From Lama guanicoe (Eukaryota), in assembly GCA_013239625.1 (NCBI GenBank), contig MU053493.1, positions 2,179,793 through 2,243,792 on the forward strand: a DNA stretch of 64,000 nucleotides, in the 5' to 3' direction. Both the position numbers and the translations under genes were made by a program. Of the stretch, positions 11,700 through 24,884 are shown in pieces (the first letter of the stretch is position 1; each line of letters starts with the position of its first letter). The notes beneath the pieces are model-generated. The model was not told the origin of the DNA, made no database searches, and saw only the letters and a program-made list of their open reading frames with translations.

Positions 11700-13400
11700 A
11701 GGCTCACCAAGTGCAACAGACAAGGGCCATCAGGGTCATCATGACTGGGGGCTGCCCCCATCCTCCAGCCGAGGTGCCCTCTTCACTAGGCTCCGTGTCG
11801 CCCCTTTAGGTCCTCGCTTCTCTGGGTTCCCCTCCTCTCTGGTCTGTCAGGCCTTCTCTTCTCTCCCCACAGCTTCCTTGGAGACCCATCTACCATTCAG
11901 GCTCCTCCAACAGCATCTGCTAATGCCTCCTGCAGGTTCCTCCCCAGCCCAGAGCTCTCCCCTGAAGGCTGTCCCTCACTGTCCACCTCGAGATGTCCGC
12001 AGATGCACCTGCATTCGTGACTTCCTCCACCCAGACTCCCTCTGTCACCTCTGCCCTCCACAGTGGGACCCCCTCCTCCTGTCCTCTCTCCCTCACCCCC
12101 AATATCCCACCACACAGTGAGGAGGTGGCAGCTGCAGCTTCCCCTTCAACAGGGCAATATTCCCAGAGGCCCCCTGTAAGTAAGGTCCTGGTGTTTCCAT
12201 ACGGGGTCTCCTGCAATGATACATCACCCCAAATTCCCACTGTGGGCTGGAGGGGCTGGGCTGCATATCCCCTGGGATTCCCAAAGGACTGACCCTGGAC
12301 CCAGAAGTGAGCATGCTACTGAAGGTCCCCTTGGTGACAGACCTCAGTGGGATCAAGTCTTAGACTATCATCTGCTACCACACCCAGTGCCATGCTGGCC
12401 TCAGAGATTTCCAAAAACATCCGGACCAGAAGTTTTATGTGAAAGACTCTAAACCTTATTCACACACACAAATTAACAAATAAAAATGAACGAGAGAGCT
12501 AATCAGTGCTCTGATTCCAAACCTACCATCCTCTCTTCAGTGCACGTGCATCTTCCAAACACAGCCAGTGCTGACAAGTATTATTTACAGAAACCCTTGC
12601 CTACATTCTCCCACATTCTCTGAGGCCACGTCTGCATCACTCTCATTCCACAGTGCCTCTCCAACCTTCCTCTCCCCTCCTGCGCCCTTCCAAATCCAAC
12701 ACTCGATCTGTCAGAACACCCCTTCTGGTGATGAATTCTTCCTCCTGTGTGGATACATGATCTCCCTCGCATCATTTTCCAGTCGGATGAAACTGCCCTT
12801 TCTCATGAGGCCAGGGTGCTAGGGCTCTCATCATCACCTCACGCTCCACATCTCAAACCCTGATCTCATTTCTCCACCTCCAAGCCTTCTTTTGGTGAGT
12901 CAGAAGTTTCTGCCAATCTCAAGTCCTCATCTGAGCTTGGGGCACAGTTCAGGGGGCCGTCAGGCATGGAGCTGAGCTAGCTCTGCTTCTCAGCATCTCT
13001 CCTTGTGTTTCCCTCCCACTCCCATCCCCACCTGCATGCTCTAGATTCACCAGCCTGGAATCACCTCTACCTGCGCTCAGCTCCTCACCACCTCTGCCCC
13101 TTCCCCGAAGCCATAATGGACACCTCCACCAGGTGAACCTCACTTCCCTGGTGCCACCGACCAGACCCACACACATTTGGTCTCCGATGTCCACCTCCAC
13201 TCGAGTCCTGTCCATTCTGGGCACCTTGAGTGCCTGCACCAAAGCCACTGCGTTTCTCAAACACAAGCGCTGGCATGGAAACCCTGCAGGCTGTCTTCCC
13301 TCCTGTCACCCCAACCCTCCGGGCCCCTTGCCTCAGTCCCCACCCTTTCTCTTCCTTCAGACCGATGGCCAAGTTCTAGGGGCCCCAGCTCTGACCCTGC
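11700..13400 (+). mobile_element. Scattered, highly degraded L2 fragments (boundaries approximate)
   Basis: C/T-rich stretches typical of L2 ORF2/3' remnants, e.g. ctcttcactagg…ccttggagacccatctaccattcaggc. Confidence 0.45.
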
Positions 13401-14316
13401 CATGTCTCCAGGACTGACTTTCAGGAGTGACCGCCCATTCTCCTTTCACATCAACACTAGCCTTGCTCAGACTAAGCCTGGATGGAGGATGAGGACTATC
13501 TCCCAGAAAACATACACTCAGGCCCCACCCCCACCTCCTGTCTCTACCATATGCAATTTCACCTGTTCGTCGAGACATGGCCCAATGGCCCCTCGCTCAG
13601 GAAGAGCTTACGAATTCGAGAGTCCGTGAGGTCCCACTGAGTCCTTAAACTACCCCAGAACCCCAAGGCTTTTCTAAAATGCTCAGACGGAACCCCTTTA
13701 TCTTCTCAGCTGACGTTTCTAAAACTATCAGATCTCTCTAATGAACAAGCTGCTTATAACAAGGATTTTGTTGAACCTCCAAAGAGCAGGAGTTTATAAC
13801 CATAGAGGAAATGAACAGCACTTATCTTTGGCTGCAGTAAAAATTCTTGACTTTACCCCATCTTCATTATAAAGTTATCATCCGACAAATCCCCTCAAGT
13901 AATTTTACTTCCAACAAACATGGACAATTTGCTTCTTGAAGATAATTTACATTTCTAAATATCATTAGTGATTATAATTGGGAATGGATCCAATTCCCCT
14001 CTACGGAGGCAAAAACTAAAACCATCCAACTCAGTGAGTGAGGCGCGCAGATTCCAAGATTATCCTGTGACCTTGGATAAGGCCTCCCCCTGGCGTGTGA
14101 CATGATGCGCTATCCAGTGATCCTCCCCAGCAACAGCATCTTGAAATGCTGCTGCCCTGGCAACACCCTGACTGCAGCCTCGTGGGACCCTGGCCAGTTG
14201 ACCCTGCTAAGCTGCGTCCAGACTCTGGACCCAAGAAATCTGGGAGGTCATACACAGGTGTTGTGTTGAGCTGCAGAGTTTCTGGTAATTTGCTCTCAGC
14301 AACAGAAACTGAATTG

Positions 14317-14697
14317 TTATGGATTGTATGTCTGTGTCTCCCCCAACCCCTTACATCCATATGCTGAAGCCCTCACCCTCAGTGTGGTGGTATTTGGAGA
14401 TGGGACCTCTAGGAGGTGCTTAGGGTTAGAATAGGTTGTGAAGGTGGGGCCCTCATGGTGGGATGGTGGCCTTATAGGAAGAGATCTCTCACTCCATATG
14501 CACACAGCGTGGAAAGGCCATGGAGGACATAGAGAAGTCAGCAGTCTACAAGCCAGGGAGAGGGCCCTCACCAGATCTGACCACGCCAGCAGCCTGAGCT
14601 CAGACTTCCAGCCTCCAGAACAGTGAGAAAGTAAATTTCTGTTTAAGCTGCCCAGCCTCTGACATTTTGTCTCTGCAGCCCGAGCTTCCTCATACAC
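14317..14697 (+). mobile_element. MaLR LTR (MLT1A-like), preceded by another MLT1 3' fragment at about 14150-14316
   Basis: gtatttggagatgggacctc…cagacttccagcctccagaacagtgagaaagtaaatttctgtttaagc, hallmark MLT1 motifs. Confidence 0.85.
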
Positions 14698-16514
14698 TGA
14701 CACATCCAGAGGAGGGTGCTGAAACACTGTTCCCAAATATCCCCTCTCTCCATGTCTGCTCCCAGGAAGAGCAGACTTCATTGTCCCCAGTACAGAAACA
14801 CCAGCACCAGCTCTAACAAGGGAGGGCCACGTTAGAGTGCACTGCAGGAGGCTTTCAAAGACCAGATGCCACCGTGCCTGGAGTCCCTGAGGACGCCTGG
14901 CTCCAGTCCCCGTGGCAACCAGGGAAGTGGAACCTATCCCTGCTCTGAAACGATCAGGTCTTAGCTTGGACTATCATTTGCTCAACACCAGCCACTAGGC
15001 AGGATTACACTGCAGGTTCTGCCATCTCAGTAATTCTGTACCACGCCTGGGAGTTACAGGGTCATGAGTCTAGTTGGCCGTGAAATTACCACATCTCCAG
15101 ACACCCTTGTCCCATTTAATTTGCCAATATTGTGAGTCAAAGTCCCCAGTTTGCAAAGAAAATGAAGAGGGGAGGGTCAGAGAAGAGTAACACACAATTA
15201 AGTGGCTGTGAAAGAAAAGCTGAGAAGAATGGAGAAGGCAGGATACTGCTCCGAGAGGAGGCTTAACTTTCCAGCATCTGTGAGTCGTAAGGACGCCAAC
15301 TGGTGCTTTCTCCACTTCCCCACTCCGCCTACAGAGAGGCGAGAGATAAAATTAGAAATGAGAAAGCGCTTCCTGCAGCAGACAGCATCAGCGGGGCTCA
15401 CAGATTCCGAGGAAGGGGATGGCATCTTGAGAGCAGACAGTCTTCCCACTTGATTGGTGCTGCTGCCCGGACACCGAGGTCCAGAAGAAATCGGCTCTTC
15501 ACATCTCGTCTCTACGATGGAAAAGCGCTTTCACTGCCTCCAACTGGGAATCTTCTTCAGCTCTTCAAATCCAGTTCAAAGGCAAATGGTAAATGCTACA
15601 TTTCGGGGAGAGAAGCAAGTCTTTCTAGAATGCAGACTTGCAAGCCAATTAAGTCATTTCACAAGACACACGGCCGGCGCGCCCAATAGCTCCAGTGGTA
15701 CCAACTGACCACTAAAAAGCCAGTGTTCACAACATGTCCAGAGAAAGAACTGTTGTGGCAATAACAGAGCAACAGTATTCTGAGCTGCCTGGAATGAAAC
15801 AAGTCTCCGGACCCCCAACTTCAACAGCCTTTCAGACTGCAGACCTGCGCCACGTGGGCAAAACTCTCCCTTCAGTTTCACGGACTAGCTGAGTCTCCTA
15901 CTCGACCCCACCTCTGTTTTCTTCTCTTTCTGCATGGTGCTTGTCCTCTGGGTCCCCCTGGAGCCACGTGGTCAGGCTCACTCAGGAATGCCAGCTCTCA
16001 GTCTTCCGTGTCCATCTCTGCTCCCTTCCGGGAAACACACGTGTCTTCACAGGCATCCCCTCCATGGCGTCCACCTCCTCCTCTCAGAACGATCCCCTAC
16101 TCCCCATTCCCGCTCCCAACTGTTCACGTCCAGCCTGTGGTTCCAACTCCCTCCGCACAGCAGTACATCGAATTCAGAACCTGCACAAGGAAAGCCACTC
16201 TCCTTCTCAAATGACTTCCTCTACAACTTCCTCCACAACTCTAGAGCTTCCATTCGCTCTTCGTCAGCAGCAAACTGATAAATCAATGACAAAGGTGCCC
16301 CAGAAAGAAAAAAGTGAACATAAAATACTTATAAATATTATAAATGACTCATAAGTTGACAGAAAATCAGAGTTGAGACACACTCTGCCTGTTCTACTGC
16401 AGTGTATTTCCTTGATGCAAAGGAGCTCATCTGCCCTTGGTACCAAACTCACTCGTCCTGGCTCTGCCCTGTAAGAGGCAGTCTCCTGCCAGGGTGATTA
16501 CTCTGAAATCAAGG

Positions 16515-16735
16515 GTAGTTGATAGACCCACCACTGGATTTGGTTATTTAAAGCATTAATAAAGTAGCACACCTATGACACTTTAAAAAATATTTTGATT
16601 TTAAAATATTTTAAAATAACTAGTTCCCCTTGCAACTCTATATATATAATTTTATTTCATGCCATTTAAAATCTTATTCTGAGAAGGGCTCCAAAGACTG
16701 CAGTCGATTGCTCTGCCAAAAGTAAGGAACCCTTG
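16515..16735. mobile_element. hAT-Charlie-type DNA transposon remnant
   Basis: cttattctgagaagggctcc…aaggaacccttg resembles a recalled Charlie-family terminus. Confidence 0.5.
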
Positions 16736-16739
16736 ATAT

Positions 16740-17400
16740 GGAAGTTCCTTTAGCGCAGATCTTTCAGTGGCAAATTCCCATGTTTCGTGCGTCTGTAAAT
16801 TTCTTACTTCACCTCAAGCTTGAGAAATAGTTTGGCTGGATACACTATTCTAGGTTGACCATTTCTTCTCTCAATAGTGTGAACATATTATTCTACTTTC
16901 CGGCCTCCACTGTGGCCGTCAAGACGTTGGCTGTCCTTCAAACTGTTGTTCCTTGAGTGGCGATGCTGCTCTCAATCTTGAAAGACTTTTAAGATCATCT
17001 CTTTGCCTTTTGTGCGCTGAAGTTTTTGCACAGCATGTCTACATGTGCCTTTATCTATCCTCTTTGAGATGCACCATGCTTCTGAATCTGTAAATGTATG
17101 TATTTTTTTCATTTCATATTTCTGGAAATTTTTAGCCAATATCTCTTCAAATATCATTTCTCTGACATGCTCTTTGTTGGGGACTCCAATAGCCTCAGGC
17201 TGATCCTTCACATTCCACCCTCCAAGCCCCTCAGTTCTTCTTTCACATCTTCCATACCCAGCTTTTCCGTATTTTGTGCTGAATAATTTCTTCAGGTATA
17301 TTTTCCAGATGATGAATGTTCCATGTTGATCAGCTGTTGAACATGTGCATCTGTTTAGAAAATTTCAATGGTTTTATTTTCCATATTTAGAAGTCCTACT
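16740..17400 (-). mobile_element. Old L1 ORF1 remnant
   Basis: Minus-strand translation includes IGVP…EMIFEEILAKNF, similar to the L1 ORF1 motif EKIFEEIMAENFP. Confidence 0.75.
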
Positions 17401-17974
17401 CTTACCTTCCCCCAATACAGCTGTTTGTTTCGGACACTTCTCGTTGCATGCCGTCTTCATGATCCTGTCCTGAATTACTGACTACTTCACATACAGACAC
17501 TCTAGAGCCCAAGGGGCATAGTTACTGGAAGGCAGCTGAGTCTGTCCTTCATCGTGTCTCACTCGCTACAATTTGCCTGCTTTAATACTTACATTCTTGG
17601 GAGTCTTTTGTGGTGAACACATTGCTTGGTCTTCATCAGTGAGGTTCCATGTATCCCAAATGGAGAAATTTTTCCCAATAGAGTTGTCCTTCTGCCAGTA
17701 ACCTAGAAGCACCCAGGATGTGGAAACATCATGGTCTCCAAGGACCCTGTGGCTCAGGTGGAGATCTCAGGTGAGCTCTCCCCGCCAACCTCGCTATGCA
17801 GTGGGTGTCCGTGCTCAGGACATCCGGCTGCTGCAACCACCACTGAGCTGCTCTGACCTGCTCCCTGGTGCCCAGGCTCCAGCTGCCTGCTGCCTGGGCC
17901 TTGGTTCACCGTGTGTGTGTCTGTGGATAAGGTGGTGGCCCTGGGAGACCTGCAGTGCCTCAAGGACCATGTCC

Positions 17975-18240
17975 TTTGTCCACGACCAAGGCACAGGAAG
18001 ATCAGTGTCTGGTGAAGATTCACTTCCTGGTTCAAGGACCATCATCTTCTCTCTGTGTCCTCACATGGTGGCTGGAAGGTGTGGGGGAGCTCCCTAGGGT
18101 CTCTACTGTAAGAGAGAGCACTAACCCCACTCACGTGGGCCCTACCCTCATGACCTAATCACCTCCCAAATATCACCCCACTGGGGACTAGGATTTGATA
18201 TGTGAATTTTAGAGGTACACAAACATTCAATCTACAGCAA
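17975..18240 (-). mobile_element. MaLR LTR (MLT1A/B-like)
   Basis: ctgtgtcctcacatggtgg…ccctcatgacctaatcacctcccaaa…aaacattcaatctacagca. Confidence 0.8.
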
Positions 18241-18959
18241 CCAGGTTATCAGAAATGGTTTTCTAAAATATAAATTGTAAATATTAGTAGAATTTTATAT
18301 TGGTTTGTATTAGTTTATTACTACTGTATTGTGCTGTACTGGTATATCAATTTATACTAGTAATAAAAATTACTAATGCGGTATGCAAAATATAAATTAC
18401 TACAATTGATTCCCTCCCAATCAATAAACTAAATGTACCTATTGACACCAAGAAATCGGGAAAGTGGTCAAACAGCCACAGGCAAATTCTTCACAAACTT
18501 CAAAGTACAGAGATTTCCCACACTATTTAAATTTTTTTCTGAGCAAAGAGGGAAAAATCCAGGAAACTTTCCAAATTCTTTTTGACAAAGATCAGCATAA
18601 CAATTACAAACCTGTAAAATATCAAAAGAATAGAAAAGAGACCGATTTTACTTAAAAAGAGGAACATAATTTTTAAATTAAATGAAAGAAAACAGAATTT
18701 AACAGTACATTCTGAAGAATAAAGAACAAGGCCAGGGGTTCATGTCAGGAATTAAAAGATGGTTCAGTAAGAGGAAATATAGTAATAAAGTTCATCATTA
18801 ATATGACAAAAACGAAAAATATGGTAACTCAGTAGATGCAGAAAAGGCATGTGATGAAATTCACTCTCCATTTTTCATGAAAATAATTCTCCACTTAATA
18901 GGACAAGATAAAGAGGCCCACAACCACCACCTCTATTTGAAATTATTTGGAAAGACCGG

Positions 18960-19555
18960 TGTGGCATGCAGACTAGTGAGACGGTCCCCAAGGTGCCCAC
19001 CCCACAGTGCCCACATCCCACAAAATCCATCCACACCCCTCTCCTTCCCTGAGTATGGGCGGGATTATGAGTCTGATGGATTTCAGTCCCGTGCTGAGGT
19101 TACACCATGTAACAAAGGTGAAAGGATTCTGCGGCTGTACTTGGGTCCCAAATCCGTCTGCTCTGAGTTAATTGAAACGGAGGCTCTCCTGGGCGGGCCT
19201 GACCTCATCAAGTCTTGACCCTTCTCGAAGTGGAAGATTTGAAGCAGGAGGGAGATTCCACTGCTGGCCTTGCAGGACCATACAGTGGGAGGTCCCCGAC
19301 CAGCTGACAGCTTGCAAGAAAACCACAGGAATGAGTCTGGCCAGCAACCCGAAGGAGTGTGAGAAGATCTTTCCCTTAAGGCTCCTGATCAGGATGCATC
19401 AGGCCTCCCCCAGATTTCAGCCTCTGGACCCTGAGCAGGGCCCCCACTCAAATGCGTGGCTCCTGACCCATGGAAACTGTGAGACCATCAACCTGTGCTG
19501 TTTGAAGCCTCTATGCTTGCGGTAATTTGTTATCTAGCAGTAGAAAACTAAAGCA
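18960..19555 (+). mobile_element. MaLR LTR (MLT1E/F-like) nested in the L1
   Basis: tgtggc…ggaaactgtgaga…ggtaatttgttatctagcagtagaaaactaa. Confidence 0.8.
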
Positions 19556-19744
19556 AATAGCTAATAAAATGAAACAAAAGGAAAAAAGAAAAATTATGAG
19601 CATTGGAAAGAGGCAGCAAAATTAGTGCTACTTGAAAACAATGCGCTTCTCTAACCAGACAACCCAAAGGAATTGACTGAAAAAAATTAGAGGATTCGGT
19701 AAATCACCTGGTTAGAAAATCAACATATGAAGAAAGTACATTAC

Positions 19745-19910
19745 TACTTACATTTATTGAGCACTGACTATATACCAGACACTTTCTAAGGTTTTATATT
19801 TTGCCTCTTTGTATCCTGACAACCCTAAAAGGCACGTGTGATTTCCGTGCCCCCCTGCACAGGTGAGAAAAGTAGAGGACGAAGAAGTTACGAGCCTCAC
19901 TTACACACAC
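19745..19910 (-). mobile_element. MIR SINE fragment
   Basis: catttattgagcactgactatataccagacact…acaaccct…acaggtgagaaaa, the MIR core. Confidence 0.7.
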
Positions 19911-21624
19911 TGTTAGGAATATTAACACGTAAACTACAGGAGAAAACGGCTTTCCCACAGGCAGGCAGGAAAAGGCTGGTTAGAAAAGAGGATAAAAGTA
20001 AAGATTCCATTTATAACGGCAAGCACAAAGGTAGAGTGTCTTAGAACAGACCAGTAGGAAATGGGCAGGAGCAGTATCAGGAAAACCTTAAACACCAACT
20101 GAAAACATAAAATCCTTCATCATTAGACGGCCAGAAGTTCATTTCTTTAAATAGAAGAACTAAGTGATATATAAATTTCATGCAATTTTCATTCAAATAA
20201 TAAAAAGGGGAAAAGAAAACCTATCCAAAAAAAAAAAGGTGTTGGGATCACTGGTTAGATACTTGGAAAGAAAGCAAGCTTAATTTTTACCTCACTTTTT
20301 ATACCAAAATCAATGCCAGAGGAACCAAGAAGGAAAACATAAATCAAAACACAGACATCCTAAAAGAATATGGCAGAATCTTAAAAACATCTTCTGAAGA
20401 GGAGTCAGACTTCTGAGGCACAACACAGAATTAGGAGTTCTGCTGGAAAGGATTAATGGGTTAAATGTTATGTTCTTAAAGCACCTGTGTATATGGTACA
20501 CGGAATTGCTTCCCTCAGTCTCAGGGCCTCCCCGTATTGGAAGTACAAGGCTTTGTGATGTGTGATGTGGGGGCCTCTGGACGGAGTGGGTGGAGGACCA
20601 TCCTCACCCAATACTGGCCTTGGCCATGGGACTTGCTCTGGCCATGGGAGGTTGAAGGGGGGCATGTCAACCCAAAGCCTCCAAGGGCATCGCGTACTGC
20701 TTCCAACCGAGAGAGGACACAGCCCAGGTGGCCACAGTCCCATCAGCCTAGATTTCAGAATGGACAAACGGCACAGACCTATCCCCCACCAGAAGCCTCC
20801 AGCCCAAAGTGGGATCCCCAGCTGACTTGCATATTTAATACACACAATAAACAAAAGGTTGGCTGTCTTAGTTTACAAAGAGCTCATACACGTTAACAAG
20901 GAAAAGGAACCACTCAATAGGTAAAAACGGCTAAGGATTCTGATAGGATGTTCACATTTTTAATGGACAACAGATAGATAAAGGGATACTTAAACCTACT
21001 CTAATTTTTTTAAAGCAAGCCAACAGATGAACATTTTTATCAGACTGCCAATGTTTGTTGGTGAAGTTTGATAAAACCCAGTGGTGGGTGGCCAGGACAA
21101 AGGAGGGGAAAAAGTTCCTCTTGAACATTATTGGTGTTGGTATGAACTGCTATAGCCTTCCTTGGGGGCAACTTCATAAACCTCTCAAATTCGGAAATGT
21201 GCACACTCATACTCAATGATGAGAATTTAGCCTATGGATGGATAACCAGATACACACTAGGCTGTCTGCAGAGGCTGTTTACCACAAAGATCTGTAACCA
21301 GGGGGAAATAATAAAGGGCTAGTTACATAAGCTTTGATATTTACACATAACGTGAATACATGCATTATGAAATGGGATGTAGATCCATTTGTGCTCCTGT
21401 GGAATGGTCCAAAGATAAATAACTGACAGACAAAACACAGCCCAGTGTGCAGAGAGTGAATCCCATTTGTGTAAACAAAAAGGAGTGCATGGATGCTGGT
21501 GTATACATGAATGCTTCTCTCTGGAAGGAAACACAAGAAACGAAGGGAAACTGGAATTAGGGAGGAGGTGAAAGCCACTTGCTTTCAAGTGTGTAAGTTT
21601 CTGTAACATCAATCTTCAATCCAG

Positions 21625-21806
21625 CACTATATATAAAAATAGACAAAAACGAAGTTCTTCTGCATAGCACAGGGAAGTATATTCAGTATCTTGTAATGAA
21701 AAAGAATATGAAAACGAATATGTGTATATATATGCATGACTGCGACATTGTGCTGTGCAGCAGAAACTGACACACTGTAAATGACTATACTTCAATTAAA
21801 AAAAAA
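21625..21806 (+). mobile_element. 5'-truncated camelid-type L1 3' end
   Basis: Ends in …gactatacttcaatt plus A12. TSD aatcttcaatccag (21611-21624) / aaccttcaatccag (21807-21820). Confidence 0.92.
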
Positions 21807-24398
21807 AACCTTCAATCCAGGCATGGATTACATCCTGACTATTTTAAACGATGCATACAGTTTGAACCTGTAATTCCTCTTCTAAGAATTCCAGATAGTA
21901 ATCAAACCATTATTTATAATCTTGAAAGTAGGAAACAACCCGGGTGTTCAGCAAGAGGGAACAGCTTCTTTATCAGGTCCTTCCCAGCTGCTGCCTAATC
22001 TCATTATGGAAAAATGTTTAATGCCAGGTGGAAAAGTTCACACTACATAAAAAGGAAAGAAGGCAAAGAAAAGCAGGTTACAAAATGGTTGGGATCAGGG
22101 GCACCCTTCTATTAAGTAAATAAACACAAATGCCAACATACCAATACACGAAGAAACCAGCACTGAATCCAGGACACCTGGGACTGTCTCCCAGGAGGAG
22201 GATTTTCATGGCCTCCCTGCACCTTTCTACTTCCCGTGTTTTACACAGAACAGAGAAAACATTTTACGGAAAATCAAGCTAACGACGGCTGGTTCTCCTT
22301 CTCAGGGGCAAGGTACACCAGGTAAGTGGGAGATATCTCCCTCCCCATGTGGGAGAGGTGGGGCGGTGGGGGGGGGGTAGAGGCCAGGACCCGCTCTGTT
22401 GCGCCCTTTGCTTCACAACAGACATCGGACCCTGCAGACTTACGGCTGCAGAGCTGGGTCAAGGGGGCAGGAAGCCAGAATCTGAACCCTGTGACGGGGG
22501 TCTGAAACCGACCCATAAGATGTGTGCGGGGAGCAGGAAGGCCTGGGCTCCCCAGAGACGTGCAGGCCAGGTGCCCGTGGGCAGTTCTATGGGGGCTGCC
22601 CCTCTGTCATGAAGAATGATAAGGATTCAGGACATAAATGCAAATTTCAAAGATGGATTCCAACCAGCACCCAAATGTAGGCAGGACCCTCCCATCCCTG
22701 TCATTTTCCAGTCCAACGTGGGGAAGAAAACACCAAGTGGGCAGTTATGTCACTTGGTTTGGAAAAGAATATTATACAAAGCATTTGTAAATCATTTTGA
22801 GTCTCTTCTTTCAGAAGCCTCCTCCTGGCATGACAATAAAGCAATGTATTTGTTGATACAGAACATTAATTCCATTAAAATCGCATTAAGCGTAATGAAA
22901 AGCTATCAGAGTATAATTATGCAAGCGAATTCACAGAGCCACATGCACTTTTAAATCCACTGGAATTACAATAGGAAGTGAACCTGTCTGGTAGACAGAT
23001 TGCTCCTTCATTTCCAAACGACTATGAATAAAGGCCCACTGTCCTAATGTTACAAACCACATGCTATTTGTGCAAACTCCAAAATCTAGGACTGTTCTTT
23101 CAAGGTGCCTTTGCCTGTTTTATCCTGGGACCATCCCGTTCTTGGAGGCAGACGCTGTGTTCCTGAATCTTGAGTCTTCTGAGTTAATCCTACCCCAAAG
23201 CACGCTCCCTTCTCGGAATTCCTGTCCCTGGAGCCAGTGTACTGGACCCTGAAGGATCCCTGAATCCTGGACATTCACAGTTGCCTCCCGGAGCGCCCTC
23301 TGCAGCCCAGATCTGGCCACTGCTGGGCCCACAGGCTGACCTCCTCCCTTCCTGGGCTGGATGTCCCCAGGTGCCCCTCACATCAGCCTTGGCTGTCCCA
23401 AACTACCCAGCTACACACAGAGACCTGGGTGCCAAAAGAATCTCCTGTCCTGGAACTTGGTGAGGTCCCAGGAGGAGGCGAGGGCCAGGAGGACATGATT
23501 CCCAGGAGAGGAGCACTTCTTTGCTGCTGACCATCCGTGGGTGTGTGAGGACCACCCCCACTGATGACTGTCCAGCTGAAGGGACTCTCCCTGGGACACT
23601 GGGATTCCACCAAGGTCCTTGCCCCTCACTCATGGGCTATGTCCACTCATGGCTGAGACACTTCTAGGACATGCCCCGCACCCCCAACCAAGAGGCAGGG
23701 GATCTGGACAAGTGTGCTGTGCTGGTGGAGTGAAGGGACGCCCCACACCGGTAGCCACACACGCAGTGACCTCCCCACGAGACGGCAGCAGGGCCAGCAC
23801 CCTGTAACAGTCATCTTCATCACCGCCGCTAGAGCCTTCCTCCTGCAGCGGGTCCCTGTGTCCACCACCTCCAGAGCTCCCACATCTTCTCAGCAGAGGC
23901 CTCCGGGTCTCCAAGTCCAGGGAATCCCTGTCAGCCCTCGTGGTCCCATTCCTGTCTTACCAGAATAGCCTCCTGCCTTGGCTGCCCCCACCGGATCCCT
24001 GCAGCCGCCCCTTCCTCCTCCCCCAACTTCCCTGCTCCCTCTCCTCCCCTCCACACACCATCAGTCCTGGGAGAGCTCGTGCCCTCCTGCAGTTTGCATC
24101 TAAATCCCGCCTCCCAGCCTCTCTTCCTTGCAGGCCCTGGTGGCACCAATGGAGCGGGTCTGATTCCTTATGGCCAACTGCTCCATCACACCCCCAAGGC
24201 CAACTGGGACGTCCTCTCCCAGTCAGAGGCCCCCTGTTCACACAAGTGTGCCTGTCACAAATCCAGAGTGACCCCGCCACCCTCCCTGACCCCACCTCAC
24301 TCTTAATGCCACCCCAGGCTCATTCTACAGTCCAACTCACATTGGGCCCCGCCCCCAGCTCCTCCCTCCACCCCTCGCCTGGCTACCACTTCTCACCT

Positions 24399-24884
24399 TG
24401 AAACCATACCCTGTACCTGGCACCCTCGAGGCCCATAAGGTAGAGACAAAATGAGGAACCGAGACCTCCACGCTTATTCTGCAGAAATTACAGATAGGGA
24501 AACAACGGGCCGACAGTCCCGTCGACTGAGCCTTGTGCAGGCGCACTGAGGGACTAGGATGACCCAGCATGAACATTAGACACAGGCTGAAAACCCACCG
24601 CACGGAACACACAGGATCCCTGTGAATTGGCACCACAACCCATTAAGATGCACGAAGGACAGTCGTGCCCATGCAGAGAACTCTTGAGATGTCTCCTTTC
24701 CTCCACCCATCATTCTGACCCCCTCCCAGTCCTGCTCTCCGAGAGGTGAGACAGAGCTGAGCATCGCCCCCAGGCTCCTTGCTTGGCCGCCCTGCAATAA
24801 GGCCTTTTATCTGCAGAAGCCTGCTGCCTCGGTATTCGGCTTTTGCATCTCGCAGGGGACAACGAGCCCACCTGCTCGGTTCCA
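24399..24884 (+). mobile_element. Solo LTR, ERV1 class
   Basis: TGAAACC…GGTTCCA termini, perfect 4-bp TSD ACCT (24395-24398 / 24885-24888), and a gcaataagg poly(A)-signal-like site followed by U5-like sequence. Confidence 0.8.

Larger units (their letters stand above)
18430..21600 (+). mobile_element. Ancient L1 (ORF2 to 3'UTR) broken up by nested MLT1 and MIR insertions
   Basis: Collinear L1 ORF2-like pieces (cagtagatgcagaaaaggcat; aaaatcaacatat; gattccatttataac; ctatagccttccttgggggcaac). Confidence 0.65.

Noticed and set aside
15070..15335. Protein-looking peptide …TGDFDSQYWQIKWDKGVWRCGNFTAN* and an upstream exon-like segment
   Set aside because: The pyrimidine tract before it ends in gcaa, not AG; the neighbouring donor (AAA|gttaag) is poor; it does not match ENTREP2.
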